The translations under genes and the position numbers were made by a program. 64,000 nt of DNA from Escherichia phage vB_Eco_Solly: sequence record OY720021. One strand, 5' to 3'. This document shows positions 41,302 to 53,500 of this stretch, one piece after another. Every line of letters begins with the position of its first letter. Within the stretch, counting starts at the first letter, position 1. The notes below the pieces were generated by a model that did no database searches, was not told where the DNA came from, and saw nothing but the letters and a program-made list of their open reading frames with translations.

Positions 41302-43566
41302 TCATAATTTACAGGATGAACAATCTTCAGCTTTTGGAGTTTCTATTTCATAATCATCAGTACCAGAACCATCGCGGGTATTATGATAATAGAAATTTTT
41401 TCCGCCAAAATACCAAAAATACAAAAGGTCATCAATCATTATTGACATTGGAACCTTTCCTTTTGGAAAAATCTGTGGGTCATAATATGTATTCGCCGAA
41501 GCTGATTGACAAACCCATTTCAGCATAATAGCTACCTGCGTAAGATAAGGTTTATTACCTTTCTTAGCTAATTTCCATGTATAATCATAGAGGTCTATGT
41601 TATGCTCAATATTGGGCACGACTTGATTAAAGGAGCCCTCTTTTGATTCTTTAACAGAGACTGGTCCACGTGGAGGCTCGATACCGTTTGTACTGTTAGA
41701 AACTTGGGAAGATGACTCACATGGCATAAGTGCTGATAATGTGCTATTACGGATGCCAAAGAGCTTAAGGTCTTCCCGCAGCGACGACCAGTCACAAACG
41801 TATTTTGGAGCTGCGATTTGGTCAATCTTTTTATTGTACCAGTCGATAGGTAATTCGCCTCGAGACCAACGAGTGTCTGAATAATATTCGCAAGGTCCTT
41901 TTTCTTTGGCGAGCTTAATGGATGCTTTAATGAGTCCATACTGTAATCTCTCAAATAGTTCATGTGTTAAATCGTTAGCATCTTCATAAGAAGCAAAGTT
42001 ACTTGCCAGCCAAGCTGCATAGTTAGTAACACCTACACCAAGGTTTCGACGCTTTTTAGCTTTTTCTGCTTCAGGAACTGGATATCCTTGGTAATCCAAA
42101 AGATTATCAAGAGCACGAACTTGAACTTCTGCCAATTCATTAATTTTATCTTGGTCTTGCCAATCGAAGTTATCCAGCACAAATGCAGATAACGTGCACA
42201 ATCCAATTTCAGCATCGGGGCTATTCACATCATTTGTTGGAATAGCAATTTCACAGCACAAGTTACTCTGACGAATAGGTGCCTTTTCACGAATAAACGG
42301 AGTATAGTTATTCGTATTATCAATGAACTGTACATAAATCCTTGCTGTTCCTGAACGTTCAGTCATGAGCAATTCAAATAGTTCACGGGCTTTAATACGC
42401 TTTTTACGAATATTAGGGTCTTTTTCTGCGGCTTCGTATAATTCACGGAAACGGTCTTGGTCTTTAAAATAAGAATAATAAAGCTCGCCACCCATTTCAT
42501 GCGGACTGAACAAAGTAATGTAATCGTTCTTTCCGAATCGTTCCATCATCAAATCATTCAGCTGAACACCATAATCCATATGACGAATGCGGTTTTCTTC
42601 TACGCCTTTGTTATTTTTCAAAACGAGAAGATTTTCAACTTCCAAATGCCAAATAGGATAATAAGCAGTAGCAGCGCCGCCACGAATTCCACCCTGTGAA
42701 CATGATTTAACTGCAGTCTGAAAATGTTTCCAAAAAGGAATAACACCAGTATGACGTACTTCACCCATGCCAATCTTAGAACCTTCAGCACGAATCATAC
42801 CAACATTAATACCAATTCCAGCGCGTTTAGAGATATATTCAACAATTGAAGCGGAAGCCTTATTGATAGACTTCAATGAATCACCTGCCTCAATAACAAC
42901 ACATGAACTAAACTGTCGAGTTGGAGTACGGCAACCAGCCATAATAGGAGTCGGCAATGAAATCTGTCGAGTAGATACTGCTTCATAAAAACGAATAACA
43001 TGTTTTAATCTATCAACAGGTTCATCTTGATGCAGTGCCATTCCAATAGTCATAAATGCAAACTGCGGAGTTTCATAAATTTGACCAGTGGTTTTATCTT
43101 TAACTAGATATTTTTCTTTTAATTGCATCGCCCCGGAATAAGTAAATTCCATATCCCGTTCGTGCTTAATTTTTGATTCTAAAAATGTAATTTCTTCTGC
43201 TGAATATTTTGACAATAATTCAGGGTCATATTTACCTGCATTTACACAGTAAGAAATATGGTCAATAAATGAACGCGGTTCATACTGCCCATAAACATGC
43301 TTACGAAGAGCAAACATTAAACAGCGTGCAGCTACATATTGATAATCAGGTTCTTCAACCGAAATAGAATTCGCAGCAGCCTTAATGACAATAGTCTGAA
43401 TATCATCAGTTGTCATTCCATCACGGAGATAAGATTTAATATTTTCATATAATTCATAAGGATCTACTGATGTTCCCTCAGCTGCCCAAGATAAAACTTT
43501 AATAATTTTTTGTGGGTCAAAGCTCTGAGAAACACCACTACTTTTGATAACATTAATTAATTGCAT
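41302..43566 (-). CDS. nrdA: ribonucleotide reductase large subunit
   Basis: 754 aa; active-site region SNLCCEIA; T4 NrdA length. Confidence 0.97.
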   Translation of the reverse strand: MQLINVIKSSGVSQSFDPQKIIKVLSWAAEGTSVDPYELYENIKSYLRDGMTTDDIQTIVIKAAANSISVEEPDYQYVAARCLMFALRKHVYGQYEPRSFIDHISYCVNAGKYDPELLSKYSAEEITFLESKIKHERDMEFTYSGAMQLKEKYLVKDKTTGQIYETPQFAFMTIGMALHQDEPVDRLKHVIRFYEAVSTRQISLPTPIMAGCRTPTRQFSSCVVIEAGDSLKSINKASASIVEYISKRAGIGINVGMIRAEGSKIGMGEVRHTGVIPFWKHFQTAVKSCSQGGIRGGAATAYYPIWHLEVENLLVLKNNKGVEENRIRHMDYGVQLNDLMMERFGKNDYITLFSPHEMGGELYYSYFKDQDRFRELYEAAEKDPNIRKKRIKARELFELLMTERSGTARIYVQFIDNTNNYTPFIREKAPIRQSNLCCEIAIPTNDVNSPDAEIGLCTLSAFVLDNFDWQDQDKINELAEVQVRALDNLLDYQGYPVPEAEKAKKRRNLGVGVTNYAAWLASNFASYEDANDLTHELFERLQYGLIKASIKLAKEKGPCEYYSDTRWSRGELPIDWYNKKIDQIAAPKYVCDWSSLREDLKLFGIRNSTLSALMPCESSSQVSNSTNGIEPPRGPVSVKESKEGSFNQVVPNIEHNIDLYDYTWKLAKKGNKPYLTQVAIMLKWVCQSASANTYYDPQIFPKGKVPMSIMIDDLLYFWYFGGKNFYYHNTRDGSGTDDYEIETPKAEDCSSCKL

Positions 43567-43883
43567 AAGTCCTCAACTTGAAAATCGTCTTTAAACAATC
43601 GGTTAACTATATGAGCTATTATATCACCATGACACGGCTTTGGTTTACATGTGCATCCTAGCCTCATTCCACGTAAAGGCTCTAAATGTGCTTTAGTTAT
43701 TTCTCCGGATTTAATTCGACGTATAAAATCTTTTTTGAATAATTCAATGGCAGCCTCCCGGCTGCCAGCATCTTTACCGACGTAATTTCCCCAAAATGTA
43801 CCACGGTGAATATTAACATCAAAGTCGGATTTATATTTATTCACTACCCGGCATAGACGGCCCGCGCGGTGATAATTCGTCAT
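43557..43883 (-). CDS. hypothetical Cys-containing protein (nrdA.1 position)
   Basis: 108-aa ORF with [11 protein letters not shown] cluster. Confidence 0.6.
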   Translation of the reverse strand: MTNYHRAGRLCRVVNKYKSDFDVNIHRGTFWGNYVGKDAGSREAAIELFKKDFIRRIKSGEITKAHLEPLRGMRLGCTCKPKPCHGDIIAHIVNRLFKDDFQVEDLCN

Positions 43884-44100
43884 ATTGTTTTTCCGTTAAT
43901 ACAGTAATATCATAGTAACAATCGGAAGAAGTTTTAACTGTGGAAATTTTATTATCAAAATACTCACGAGTCATTTTATGAGTATAGTATTTTTTACCAT
44001 AAATGGTAATAGGCTGTTCTGGTCCTGGAACTTCTAACTCGCTTGGGTTAGGAAGTGTAAAAAGAACAACGCCAGAAGTATCTTTAAATCGTAAAATCAT
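43837..44100 (-). CDS. hypothetical protein (nrdA.2 position)
   Basis: 87-aa ORF. Confidence 0.55.
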   Translation of the reverse strand: MILRFKDTSGVVLFTLPNPSELEVPGPEQPITIYGKKYYTHKMTREYFDNKISTVKTSSDCYYDITVLTEKQYDELSPRGPSMPGSE

Positions 44101-44957
44101 ATTGCCATTTTCCCTTTAATTGCCGGATGCGATTCATAATTTTCAAGGATAAAATCTTTCGGTTTCATGTATTCAGTTAACCAGTAAAGCTGTGTTTCGG
44201 TGTCACAATTTCCAAACTCTATAGGCCAATCAATTTTAAGTTCACACAGTTCTTTAGGCTCACGACGTAAAATTTCTTTACATTGTTCTACGTGATTCAT
44301 ATAGATATGAGTATTACCACCAGAAAATATCAAATCTCCTGGGATAAGATTACACATCTTAGCCATAATATGCGTCAAGGCAGCGTACGAGGCAATGTTG
44401 AATGGCAAGCCCAAGAAAACATCTACACTTCTTTGGTACCACTGTAAATCAAGATAACCATTACGCACATTAAACTGATAGAACATATGACAGGGTGGTA
44501 ATGCCATTTGATTGATTTCAGCTGGATTCCATGCTGAAACGATTTGACGTCGATCAGTTGGTAATTTTTTAATACGATCAATAGTTTCAACTAATTGATC
44601 CACACCACCGAAATCACGCCATTGTTTACCATATATAGGACCCAGTTCACCACTATGATATCCTAGGTCTTTAGCTTGGTTTTCATAATTGTCATCCCAG
44701 ATAGTTTTACCTTGAATAAGACTACCGTGAGTAAGAAGACGTAAATCATTAACATTGGTAGAACCGGAAATAAACCATAAAAGCTCAGCAATGCATGCAT
44801 TCCAGGCGAGCTTCTTAGTTGTTACTGCAGGAAAACCTTTACTTAAATCCCAGCGTAATTTAGTACCGAACAAAGCAATTGTTCCTGTGCCCGTTCGGTC
44901 ATCGGTTTCATAGCCATTTTCAAAAATGTCTTTAATTAAATCTTGGTATTGTTTCAT
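44097..44957 (-). CDS. td: thymidylate synthase, uninterrupted
   Basis: 286-aa continuous ORF with catalytic-Cys motif [10 protein letters not shown]; no intron. Confidence 0.97.
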   Translation of the reverse strand: MKQYQDLIKDIFENGYETDDRTGTGTIALFGTKLRWDLSKGFPAVTTKKLAWNACIAELLWFISGSTNVNDLRLLTHGSLIQGKTIWDDNYENQAKDLGYHSGELGPIYGKQWRDFGGVDQLVETIDRIKKLPTDRRQIVSAWNPAEINQMALPPCHMFYQFNVRNGYLDLQWYQRSVDVFLGLPFNIASYAALTHIMAKMCNLIPGDLIFSGGNTHIYMNHVEQCKEILRREPKELCELKIDWPIEFGNCDTETQLYWLTEYMKPKDFILENYESHPAIKGKMAI

Positions 44958-45002
44958 TTAGTACCTTATATAAATTATAATACATTTTATGAAGCTAAAT
45001 AA

Positions 45003-45350
45003 TCAATACGGTTTAGCATCAAATTTTCTCTCAATTTCAGGCGTGAAATATAATTCTTTACCGCGTTTGGAAAAGCGACCAATAATATGATAATTATTCT
45101 CATCAAACGTGATATTACCAATATCCATAGCTTTCAACCAAATATCGATATTTCTATCCAACTTTATGTCAAAATTCCAATACGGAGAACTATTACCGAA
45201 AATACTGCAAGCGGATTCAGTAAAACAACTACTATAAATCTTATCTTTAGGAACTACTAATTGATAGACACCTTTAATAAACTGAGGACCCTGCCATTTT
45301 GGTTGTTTCGTGTCTTTTTCTAATAGAATAGGGTAATAATTAAAATTCAT
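45003..45350 (-). CDS. hypothetical protein, 115 aa, lying between frd and td
   Basis: Intact ORF co-oriented with the frd-td operon; no motif recognised. Confidence 0.6.
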   Translation of the reverse strand: MNFNYYPILLEKDTKQPKWQGPQFIKGVYQLVVPKDKIYSSCFTESACSIFGNSSPYWNFDIKLDRNIDIWLKAMDIGNITFDENNYHIIGRFSKRGKELYFTPEIERKFDAKPY

Positions 45351-45369
45351 ATTTCCGCCACGCGTTATT

Positions 45370-46196
<827 letters not shown>

Positions 46197-46206
46197 ATTA
46201 TTTTCC

Positions 46207-46449
46207 TTAAACAGACTTTTTCACATTTTTCCAATCAGCTTTAAACTGCTCGACGTCAGAATGGTAAATCCAAAATCCTGCGCTTTCTCCATCCTCATAA
46301 AGAGGGCATCCATCACATTCATCTTCCCATCCCATATCACGTAAAAGTTGTTCAGCTTTTTCAACAAGTTCAGAATCTTTACCGATGATATTAAAATACC
46401 ATTTACCTTTAACTTCTGAATCTTTGATGCTCTGGCGTTGTAATCTCAT
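46207..46449 (-). CDS. hypothetical protein (frd.x region)
   Basis: 80-aa ORF. Confidence 0.55.
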   Translation of the reverse strand: MRLQRQSIKDSEVKGKWYFNIIGKDSELVEKAEQLLRDMGWEDECDGCPLYEDGESAGFWIYHSDVEQFKADWKNVKKSV

Positions 46450-46503
46450 TTTATTCTCCTTAGTTGATAGGGTAATAGTATCACACTACTACCCTGATGT
46501 AAA

Positions 46504-46869
46504 CTACTTTTTGAAAGTTTTTCGCAAAAGTTCAATAATTTCATCTACATTGTTTTCGTCAACAATGCAGTGAATTTTCGTTACGCCGGAAACCTTGTCT
46601 TCGACTTCATCTTCTTCAGAAGTCGATTCTTTATACTCACGAAAACAATGAAATTCGTCTTCACAAACGTTAAAGTAAAAATGCTTTCCATTTGCGCATT
46701 CAATGTGTTTTATTACTCTAAATCCATCAGCAGAGAAAGCTTCTTTAACTTCAAACCATCCGCCATTTTCTTGAATAATTTTAACTATTGCTGAATTAGA
46801 ACGTGGGCGATAATTAATAAATGTATCAATAAGTCTTGGAACAAGTTCATACTTTTTACCGATATACAT
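46504..46869 (-). CDS. hypothetical protein (frd.x region)
   Basis: 121-aa ORF. Confidence 0.55.
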   Translation of the reverse strand: MYIGKKYELVPRLIDTFINYRPRSNSAIVKIIQENGGWFEVKEAFSADGFRVIKHIECANGKHFYFNVCEDEFHCFREYKESTSEEDEVEDKVSGVTKIHCIVDENNVDEIIELLRKTFKK

Positions 46870-46913
46870 TTTCTTTTCCTCATTTTAATAGGGGCTTGAT
46901 AGCCCCTTGATAA

Positions 46914-47165
46914 TTACTGTTCAATAAATCCTGTGTAAAATTCTACATCTTCAGCATCCATACCGTCGCAGTATTCATTAACCATAAACTGTTTAAGACG
47001 ATCTAAAGGACCTTCAATAACAACTGAAACATTACAATTAGGATCATCTAATGCGCTTATGATACTAAGTTCAGGATAACGATTACGAATAATTTCTTCA
47101 ATATATTCAAAATCAACAACATCAATATCAATTTTAGCCATATTATTTTCCTCTTTAATTATCAA
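46914..47165 (-). CDS. hypothetical acidic protein
   Basis: 83-aa ORF preceded by early promoter at 47185-47214. Confidence 0.55.
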   Translation of the reverse strand: MIIKEENNMAKIDIDVVDFEYIEEIIRNRYPELSIISALDDPNCNVSVVIEGPLDRLKQFMVNEYCDGMDAEDVEFYTGFIEQ

Positions 47166-47184
47166 CAGTATTGCCGATAATTGT

Positions 47185-47214
47185 ATAGTACCACAGTATG
47201 CTTTGGTTGTAAAC
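47185..47214 (-). promoter_or_regulatory. early sigma70 promoter (GTTTAC ... TACTAT)
   Basis: minus-strand GTTTAC, 18-nt spacer, TACTAT upstream of ORF 46914-47165. Confidence 0.45.
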
Positions 47215-47245
47215 CGTTTTGTGAAAAAATTTTTGAAATAAAAAA

Positions 47246-47264
47246 GGGGACCCTAGAGGTCCCC
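47246..47264 (-). terminator. rho-independent terminator downstream of gene 32
   Basis: GGGGACC-CTAGA-GGTCCCC followed on minus strand by TTTTTTATTT. Confidence 0.8.
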
Positions 47265-47286
47265 AATTAATTAGTAATATAATCTG

Positions 47287-48195
47287 TTAAAGGTCATTCA
47301 AAAGGTCATCCAGGTCCGTGTCATCAGCACTAGATGAACTGCCAGAGCTTGAGCTCATAAAATCATCTTCAGTTTTTGTTTTGAAGTCATCAACATTGAA
47401 TGCATCCAAATCATCAGCAACTTTATCAGCTTTCTTAGCGGCAGTTGCTGCGGCACCACCCATAGCAGCAGTTCCCATAACTTGACTGAACTTAGTGCTC
47501 AGTTCTTCAAATGATTTGAATTTATCTTTAGAAGTCATTTCAGAAAGGTCAACCATTTGTTCGAACAGTTCTTTCTGGAAAGATTCATCGTCAATGTTTG
47601 GAATCGCAGATTGATTCAGGAATTTAGATTCGTCGTAGTTACTAAATCCAGAAACTTGTTTAACTTTTAGTACAAAGTTAGCACCTTCCCACGGACAAGT
47701 TACATCAACCGGAGTTTCACCCATTTCAACATCAACCGCAATCATTGCATTGATTTTATCCCAGATTTTCTTACCGAAACGGTATTTAAATACTTTACCT
47801 TCATTTTCTGGAGCAGCTGGGTCTTTTACTACAAGAATGTTAGCCCAGTAAGAAGTTTTACGTTTAACAAGACTGTACTCTTTATTGTCAGTGTTGTACA
47901 GATCATTTTTACTAATGTATTGACATACTGGGCAAGAATCGTAATCACCGTGGGTAGATGAACAATTTTCGATATACCATTTACCATTTTTCTTGAAACC
48001 GTGATTTACAAGAATTGCGAATGGTGCTTGTTCATCATTTTTAGACGGAAGAAAACGAATTACTGCTTGACCGTTACCCGCATTGTCGAGTTTCAGTTTC
48101 CACTCGCCTTTATCTTCAGAAGAAAAACCACCTTTATTTCCAGCCAGTTTAGCCATTTGCGCAGCGAGTTCAGCAGTAGATTTACGTTTAAACAT
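47287..48195 (-). CDS. 32: gp32 single-stranded DNA-binding protein
   Basis: 302 aa; zinc-binding Cys/His cluster; acidic Ser/Asp C-terminus; strong terminator downstream. Confidence 0.97.
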   Translation of the reverse strand: MFKRKSTAELAAQMAKLAGNKGGFSSEDKGEWKLKLDNAGNGQAVIRFLPSKNDEQAPFAILVNHGFKKNGKWYIENCSSTHGDYDSCPVCQYISKNDLYNTDNKEYSLVKRKTSYWANILVVKDPAAPENEGKVFKYRFGKKIWDKINAMIAVDVEMGETPVDVTCPWEGANFVLKVKQVSGFSNYDESKFLNQSAIPNIDDESFQKELFEQMVDLSEMTSKDKFKSFEELSTKFSQVMGTAAMGGAAATAAKKADKVADDLDAFNVDDFKTKTEDDFMSSSSGSSSSADDTDLDDLLNDL

Positions 48196-48294
48196 TTTTA
48201 TTTCCTTTTTAATTTAATTAACAGTTGGTGCTATGACGATGTATGACCTCATAGCTGGTCAGTGAGATAATTATAATCTATTTATAATAAGCAA

Positions 48295-48948
48295 TTAATA
48301 CTTGCAAGATTTCACAGTTTCAATGAAAACATTTTTAGCTTTCTGCGAATCAATATTTAAAATTTTTCTATAAGCCTTTAACTTTATAGAATAATTATTC
48401 CAGACTAAATTATCAGTCTGTTCATCATGTTTATCAATTATATTTAAAAATGAATCAAGCAAGATAAACGTCTCAAACGAAATTATATTCGATTGAAGTA
48501 GTTTAAAAATATAGCTTGATTGAACCTTTGGATTATACTCAAAGATTTCTTTAAAAGCAGAAACTTCAACTTTTTTACTAAAATAATAAATGTTGCGAAT
48601 ATCTTCTTCAAACTTAAATTTAATTTGTTTTAAGCGTCCGATATATTCACGATAAAACACAAGTGCATCAGCGTCAGAGATGTCACCAATCCAAGCATCT
48701 TGGTTAGCAACCAAATTACTTATAAAGATTAAAGCAAGTTCCTTTAATTTATATTTTTCTGATAACTTCTGGAAAAAATACTTATCCCTTCGCTTTTGAT
48801 AAGCGGCATCAGACACCCGCATGCACCAATTATACTTAATTACATCATACTTTCCATTCATGTGTTGTTTTATCATTAAGTATAATTTATAAACTGATTT
48901 ACCATCAATGTATCTTTCACCACCAGCAGGCATGCGGAGTTTAATCAT
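48295..48948 (-). CDS. 59: gp59 helicase loader
   Basis: 217 aa, T4 gp59 length. Confidence 0.93.
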   Translation of the reverse strand: MIKLRMPAGGERYIDGKSVYKLYLMIKQHMNGKYDVIKYNWCMRVSDAAYQKRRDKYFFQKLSEKYKLKELALIFISNLVANQDAWIGDISDADALVFYREYIGRLKQIKFKFEEDIRNIYYFSKKVEVSAFKEIFEYNPKVQSSYIFKLLQSNIISFETFILLDSFLNIIDKHDEQTDNLVWNNYSIKLKAYRKILNIDSQKAKNVFIETVKSCKY

Positions 48949-49283
48949 AGTAGAAAATCTAATGTATTAGTTTTTTCACAACGAACAACAGAAGGACGTA
49001 AAAGATTTTCGTCAATAGCTTCTGACTGAATTTTTTCAATTATACCCGAAGGAATAAATTTAGCAAATTGAGTTTCAGGAATAGAATTTTCTTCCAAGAA
49101 TGCTGTCGTAGCTTCAAGATAACTCATTCCAAACTCTTCTACCATTTTTTCAATAATAAATCCATTTTCTTGACGATCAAGAAGCTTTGCTATTTCATCC
49201 TTTTCTTTCTTGATTGAAAGTTCTTTTTCTGAAAGACCGGTCTCATCGACCGGACGAATATCATTTAGAGAAAACTGTGTCAT
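48945..49283 (-). CDS. 33: gp33 late transcription co-activator
   Basis: 112 aa from MTQFSLNDIRP... Confidence 0.9.
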   Translation of the reverse strand: MTQFSLNDIRPVDETGLSEKELSIKKEKDEIAKLLDRQENGFIIEKMVEEFGMSYLEATTAFLEENSIPETQFAKFIPSGIIEKIQSEAIDENLLRPSVVRCEKTNTLDFLL

Positions 49284-49530
49284 AAAGTTCAACTACCTCT
49301 TCAGTTTCAGCTTCAAACACATCACGGTTATCTTTATGATACAAAGCTAATAGACGATTAAACATCTTGCCATCAACACCAAGTTCATCTTTAGCACGAA
49401 TTCGAATATCTTTAATCAGTTCATTATAACCGGAAATTTTCAGTTTATGATCAGATGCTTCTTTAATAAATTTAGCCAAGTCTTCGCCATGGATAGCTTC
49501 ATCAAATTCAACCATTTCTTTTTTAGCCAT
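49261..49530 (-). CDS. dsbA: DsbA double-stranded DNA-binding protein (late transcription enhancer)
   Basis: 89 aa; T4 position between 33 and rnh. Confidence 0.85.
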   Translation of the reverse strand: MAKKEMVEFDEAIHGEDLAKFIKEASDHKLKISGYNELIKDIRIRAKDELGVDGKMFNRLLALYHKDNRDVFEAETEEVVELYDTVFSK

Positions 49531-49538
49531 TATTCACC

Positions 49539-50456
49539 TCAAAATTCATTAATGCTATTAGTTAATTTAGAAAGACCCGCTTTTACAAAATATGAATAAA
49601 TTTTGCCACGCGGTGGTAATTTATATGAATTATAGTAATTCACAATGTTTGAAGCAATATTATCAGGAATATAATCAAAATCAATTAGAACTAAATTTTC
49701 TTTATAACGATTATATTCAGATTCTGTGAGAAGCACCTTAGCTTGCTCACGGTCATTAGCAATGGCTTCAACGATTGAAGTTTTCATTGAAGGAGTTCGT
49801 TCACCTTCAACTCTGGTAAACCAAAAGTCAGATCGTACTTTAACTGAAGCAACGTTATCCTTTTTGTCGCCTTTAAGGATTTTAGTCATACAGTCAATTT
49901 CAGCAGAACCGCTTTTAATTTTAACCCATTTCTTATGCATCGGCGACCATTGCTTGACATTTGGATATTTGTGAAGCTGCGTAAAGTCACCATCCGACGA
50001 AATGATTAAAATCTTATGTCCTTCTAAAGAGAACTTTTTAACAAGAACGGCAATATGGTCATCTGCTTCATACTTATCAATATCCATAACAATGTATGGC
50101 ATATAAGCTTTCAATTCATCTATAACTTTATGGCTGGATTCAAAATAACCTTCCCAGTCCCAAGTCGATTCTTCTCGTGCTTTTCCACGGTTTTTCTTAT
50201 AATAATACGCGAAATCACGACGCCAGTATCCAGATTTCGCGTTATCAATACACAGTACAATTTTAGTGTATCCAAGCGTTTTTGCTTTTTTGACATTAAA
50301 CTTAATTGAGTTCAATATCAAATGACGAACCATTGATAAATTAATTTTTTCTTTATCTGGGAAGTTTACTAAAGCAGTTGAAAGCGCAATTTGACTAAAG
50401 TCAATAAAGCAAATTCCTTCTTTGTAATCTTCATCCAGCATCATTTCTAAATCCAT
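49539..50456 (-). CDS. rnh: RNase H (5'-3' exonuclease / flap endonuclease)
   Basis: 305 aa from MDLEMM... Confidence 0.93.
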   Translation of the reverse strand: MDLEMMLDEDYKEGICFIDFSQIALSTALVNFPDKEKINLSMVRHLILNSIKFNVKKAKTLGYTKIVLCIDNAKSGYWRRDFAYYYKKNRGKAREESTWDWEGYFESSHKVIDELKAYMPYIVMDIDKYEADDHIAVLVKKFSLEGHKILIISSDGDFTQLHKYPNVKQWSPMHKKWVKIKSGSAEIDCMTKILKGDKKDNVASVKVRSDFWFTRVEGERTPSMKTSIVEAIANDREQAKVLLTESEYNRYKENLVLIDFDYIPDNIASNIVNYYNSYKLPPRGKIYSYFVKAGLSKLTNSINEF

Positions 50457-50518
50457 ATGAACCTCGTTCAATTAGTGAGATTTCTATTATATACCATCCA
50501 AATCTTAAAGTAAACAAG

Positions 50519-50526
50519 TATAAATA
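50519..50526 (+). promoter_or_regulatory. late promoter box TATAAATA (gene 34)
   Basis: exact consensus 35 nt upstream of gene 34 ATG. Confidence 0.65.
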
Positions 50527-50560
50527 CTTATTATTGAAAACACAATAGGAGCCCGGGAGA

Positions 50561-53500
50561 ATGGCCGAGATTAAAAGAAAGTTCAGAGCAGAAGACGGTC
50601 TGGACGCAGGTGGCGATAAAATAATCAACGTAGCTTTAGCTGATCGTACCGTAGGAACTGACGGTGTTAACGTTGATTACTTAATTCAAGAAAACACAGT
50701 TCAACAATACGATCCAACTCGTGGATATTTAAAAGATTTTGTAATCATTTATGATAACCGCTTTTGGGCTGCTATAAATGATATTCCAAAACCAGCAGGA
50801 GCTTTTAATAGCGGACGCTGGAGAGCATTACGTACCGATGCTAACTGGATTACGGTTTCATCTGGTTCATATCAATTAAAATCCGGTGAAGCTATTTCGG
50901 TTAACACTGCAGCTGGAAATGACATCACGTTTACTTTACCATCTACTCCAATTGATGGTGATACTATCGTTCTCCAAGATATTGGAGGAAAACCTGGAGT
51001 TAACCAAGTTTTAATTGTAGCTCCAGTGCAAAGTATTGTAAACTTTAGAGGTGAACAAGTACGTTCAGTACTAATGACTCATCCAAAGTCACAGCTAGTT
51101 TTAATTTTTAGTAATCGTCTGTGGCAAATGTATGTAGCTGATTATAGTAGAGAAGCTGTAGTTGTAACACCAGCGAATACTTATCAAGCGCAATCTAATG
51201 ATTTTATCGTACGTAGATTTACTTCTGCTGCACCAATTAATGTCAAACTTCCAAGATTTGCTAATCATGGCGATATTATTAATTTCGTCGATTTAGATAA
51301 ACTAAATCCACTTTATCATACAATTGTTACTACATACGATGAAACGACTTCAGTACAAGAAGTTGGAACTCATTCCATTGAAGGCCGTACATCGATTGAC
51401 GGTTTCTTGATGTTTGATGATAATGAGAAATTGTGGAGATTGTTTGACGGGGATAGTAAAGCACGTTTACGCATTATAACGACTAATTCTAATATTCGTC
51501 CAAACGAAGAAGTTATGGTATTTGGTGCGAATAACGGAACAACTCAAACAATTGAGCTTCAGCTTCCTACTGATATCTCTGTTGGTGATACTGTTAAAAT
51601 TTCCATGAATTACATGAGAAAAGGACAAACAGTTAAAATCAAAGCTGCCGGTGAAGATAAAATTGCTTCTTCAGTTCAATTGCTGCAATTCCCAAAACGT
51701 TCAGAATATCCGCCTGAAACTAAATGGGTAACTGTTCAAGAATTAGTTTTTAACGGTGAAACTAATTATGTTCCAGTTTTACAGCTTGCTTATATAGAAG
51801 ATTCTGATGGAAAATACTGGGTTGTACAGCAAAACGTTCCAACTGTAGAAAGAGTAGATTCTTTAAATGATTCTACTAGAGCAAGATTAGGCGTAATTGC
51901 TTTAGCTACACAGGCTCAAGCTAACGTCGATTTAGAAAATTCTCCACAAAAAGAATTAGCAATTACTCCAGAAACATTAGCTAACCGTACTGCTACAGAA
52001 ACTCGTAGAGGTATCGCAAGAATAGCAACTACTGCTCAAGTGAATCAGAACACCACATTCTCTTTTGCAGATGACCTTATCATTACTCCTAAAAAGCTGA
52101 ATGAAAGAACTGCTACAGAAACTCGCAGAGGTGTTGCAGAAATTGCTACTCAGCAAGAAACAAACGCAGGAACAGATGATACAACCATCATTACTCCTAA
52201 AAAGCTTCAAGCTCGTCAAGGTTCTGAATCATTATCCGGTATTGTAACTTTTGTATCTACCGCGGGAGCTACTCCAGCTTCTAGTCGTGAATTAAATGGT
52301 ACAAACGTTTATAATAAAAACACTAATAATTTAGTTGTTTCGCCTAAAGCTCTAGATCAGTATAAAGCTACTCCAACGCAACAAGGTGCAGTAATTTTAG
52401 CAGTTGAAAGTGAAGTAATTGCTGGTCAAAGTCAAGAAGGATGGGCAAATGCTGTTGTAACGCCAGAAACGTTACACAAAAAGACATCAACTGATGGAAG
52501 AATTGGTTTAATTGAAATTGCTACGCAAAGTGAAGTTAATACAGGAACTGATTATACTCGTGCAGTCACTCCTAAAACTTTAAATGACCGTAGAGCAACT
52601 GAAAGTTTAAGTGGTATAGCTGAAATTGCTACGCAAGTTGAATTCGACGCAGGCGTCGACGATACTCGTATCTCTACACCATTAAAAATTAAAACCAGAT
52701 TTAATAGTACTGATCGTACTTCTGTTGTTGCTCTATCTGGATTAGTTGAATCAGGAACTCTCTGGGACCATTATACCCTTAATATTCTTGAAGCAAATGA
52801 GACACAGCGTGGTACACTTCGTGTAGCTACACAGGTTGAAGCTGCTGCAGGAACATTAGATAATGTTTTAATAACTCCTAAAAAGCTTTTAGGTACTAAA
52901 TCTACCGAATCGCAGGAAGGTGTTATTAAAGTTGCAACTCAGTCTGAAACTGTGACTGGAACGTCAGCAAATACTGCTGTATCTCCAAAAAATTTAAAAT
53001 GGATTGTGCAGAGTGAACCTACCTGGGCAGCTACTACTGCGGTAAGAGGTTTTGTTAAAACTTCATCTGGTTCAATTACGTTCGTTGGTAATGATACAGT
53101 CGGTTCTACCCAAGATTTAGAACTGTATGAGAAAAATAGCTATGCAATATCACCATATGAATTAAACCGTGTATTAGCAAATTATTTGCCATTAAAAGCA
53201 AAAGCTGCTGATACAAATTTATTGGATGGTCTAGATTCATCTCAATTCATTCGTAGGGATATTGCACAGACGGTTAATGGTTCACTAACCTTAACCCAAC
53301 AAACGAATCTGAGTGCCCCTCTTGTATCATCTAGTACTGCTACGTTTGGTGGATCAGTTTCGGCAAATAGTACATTAACTATTTCTAATACTGGAACGGC
53401 AACTCGTCTGATTTTTGAGAAAGGACCTCAAACTGGAACTAACCCAGCGCAGACGATGACTATCAGAGTTTGGGGAAATCAGTTTGGTGGTGGATCAGAT

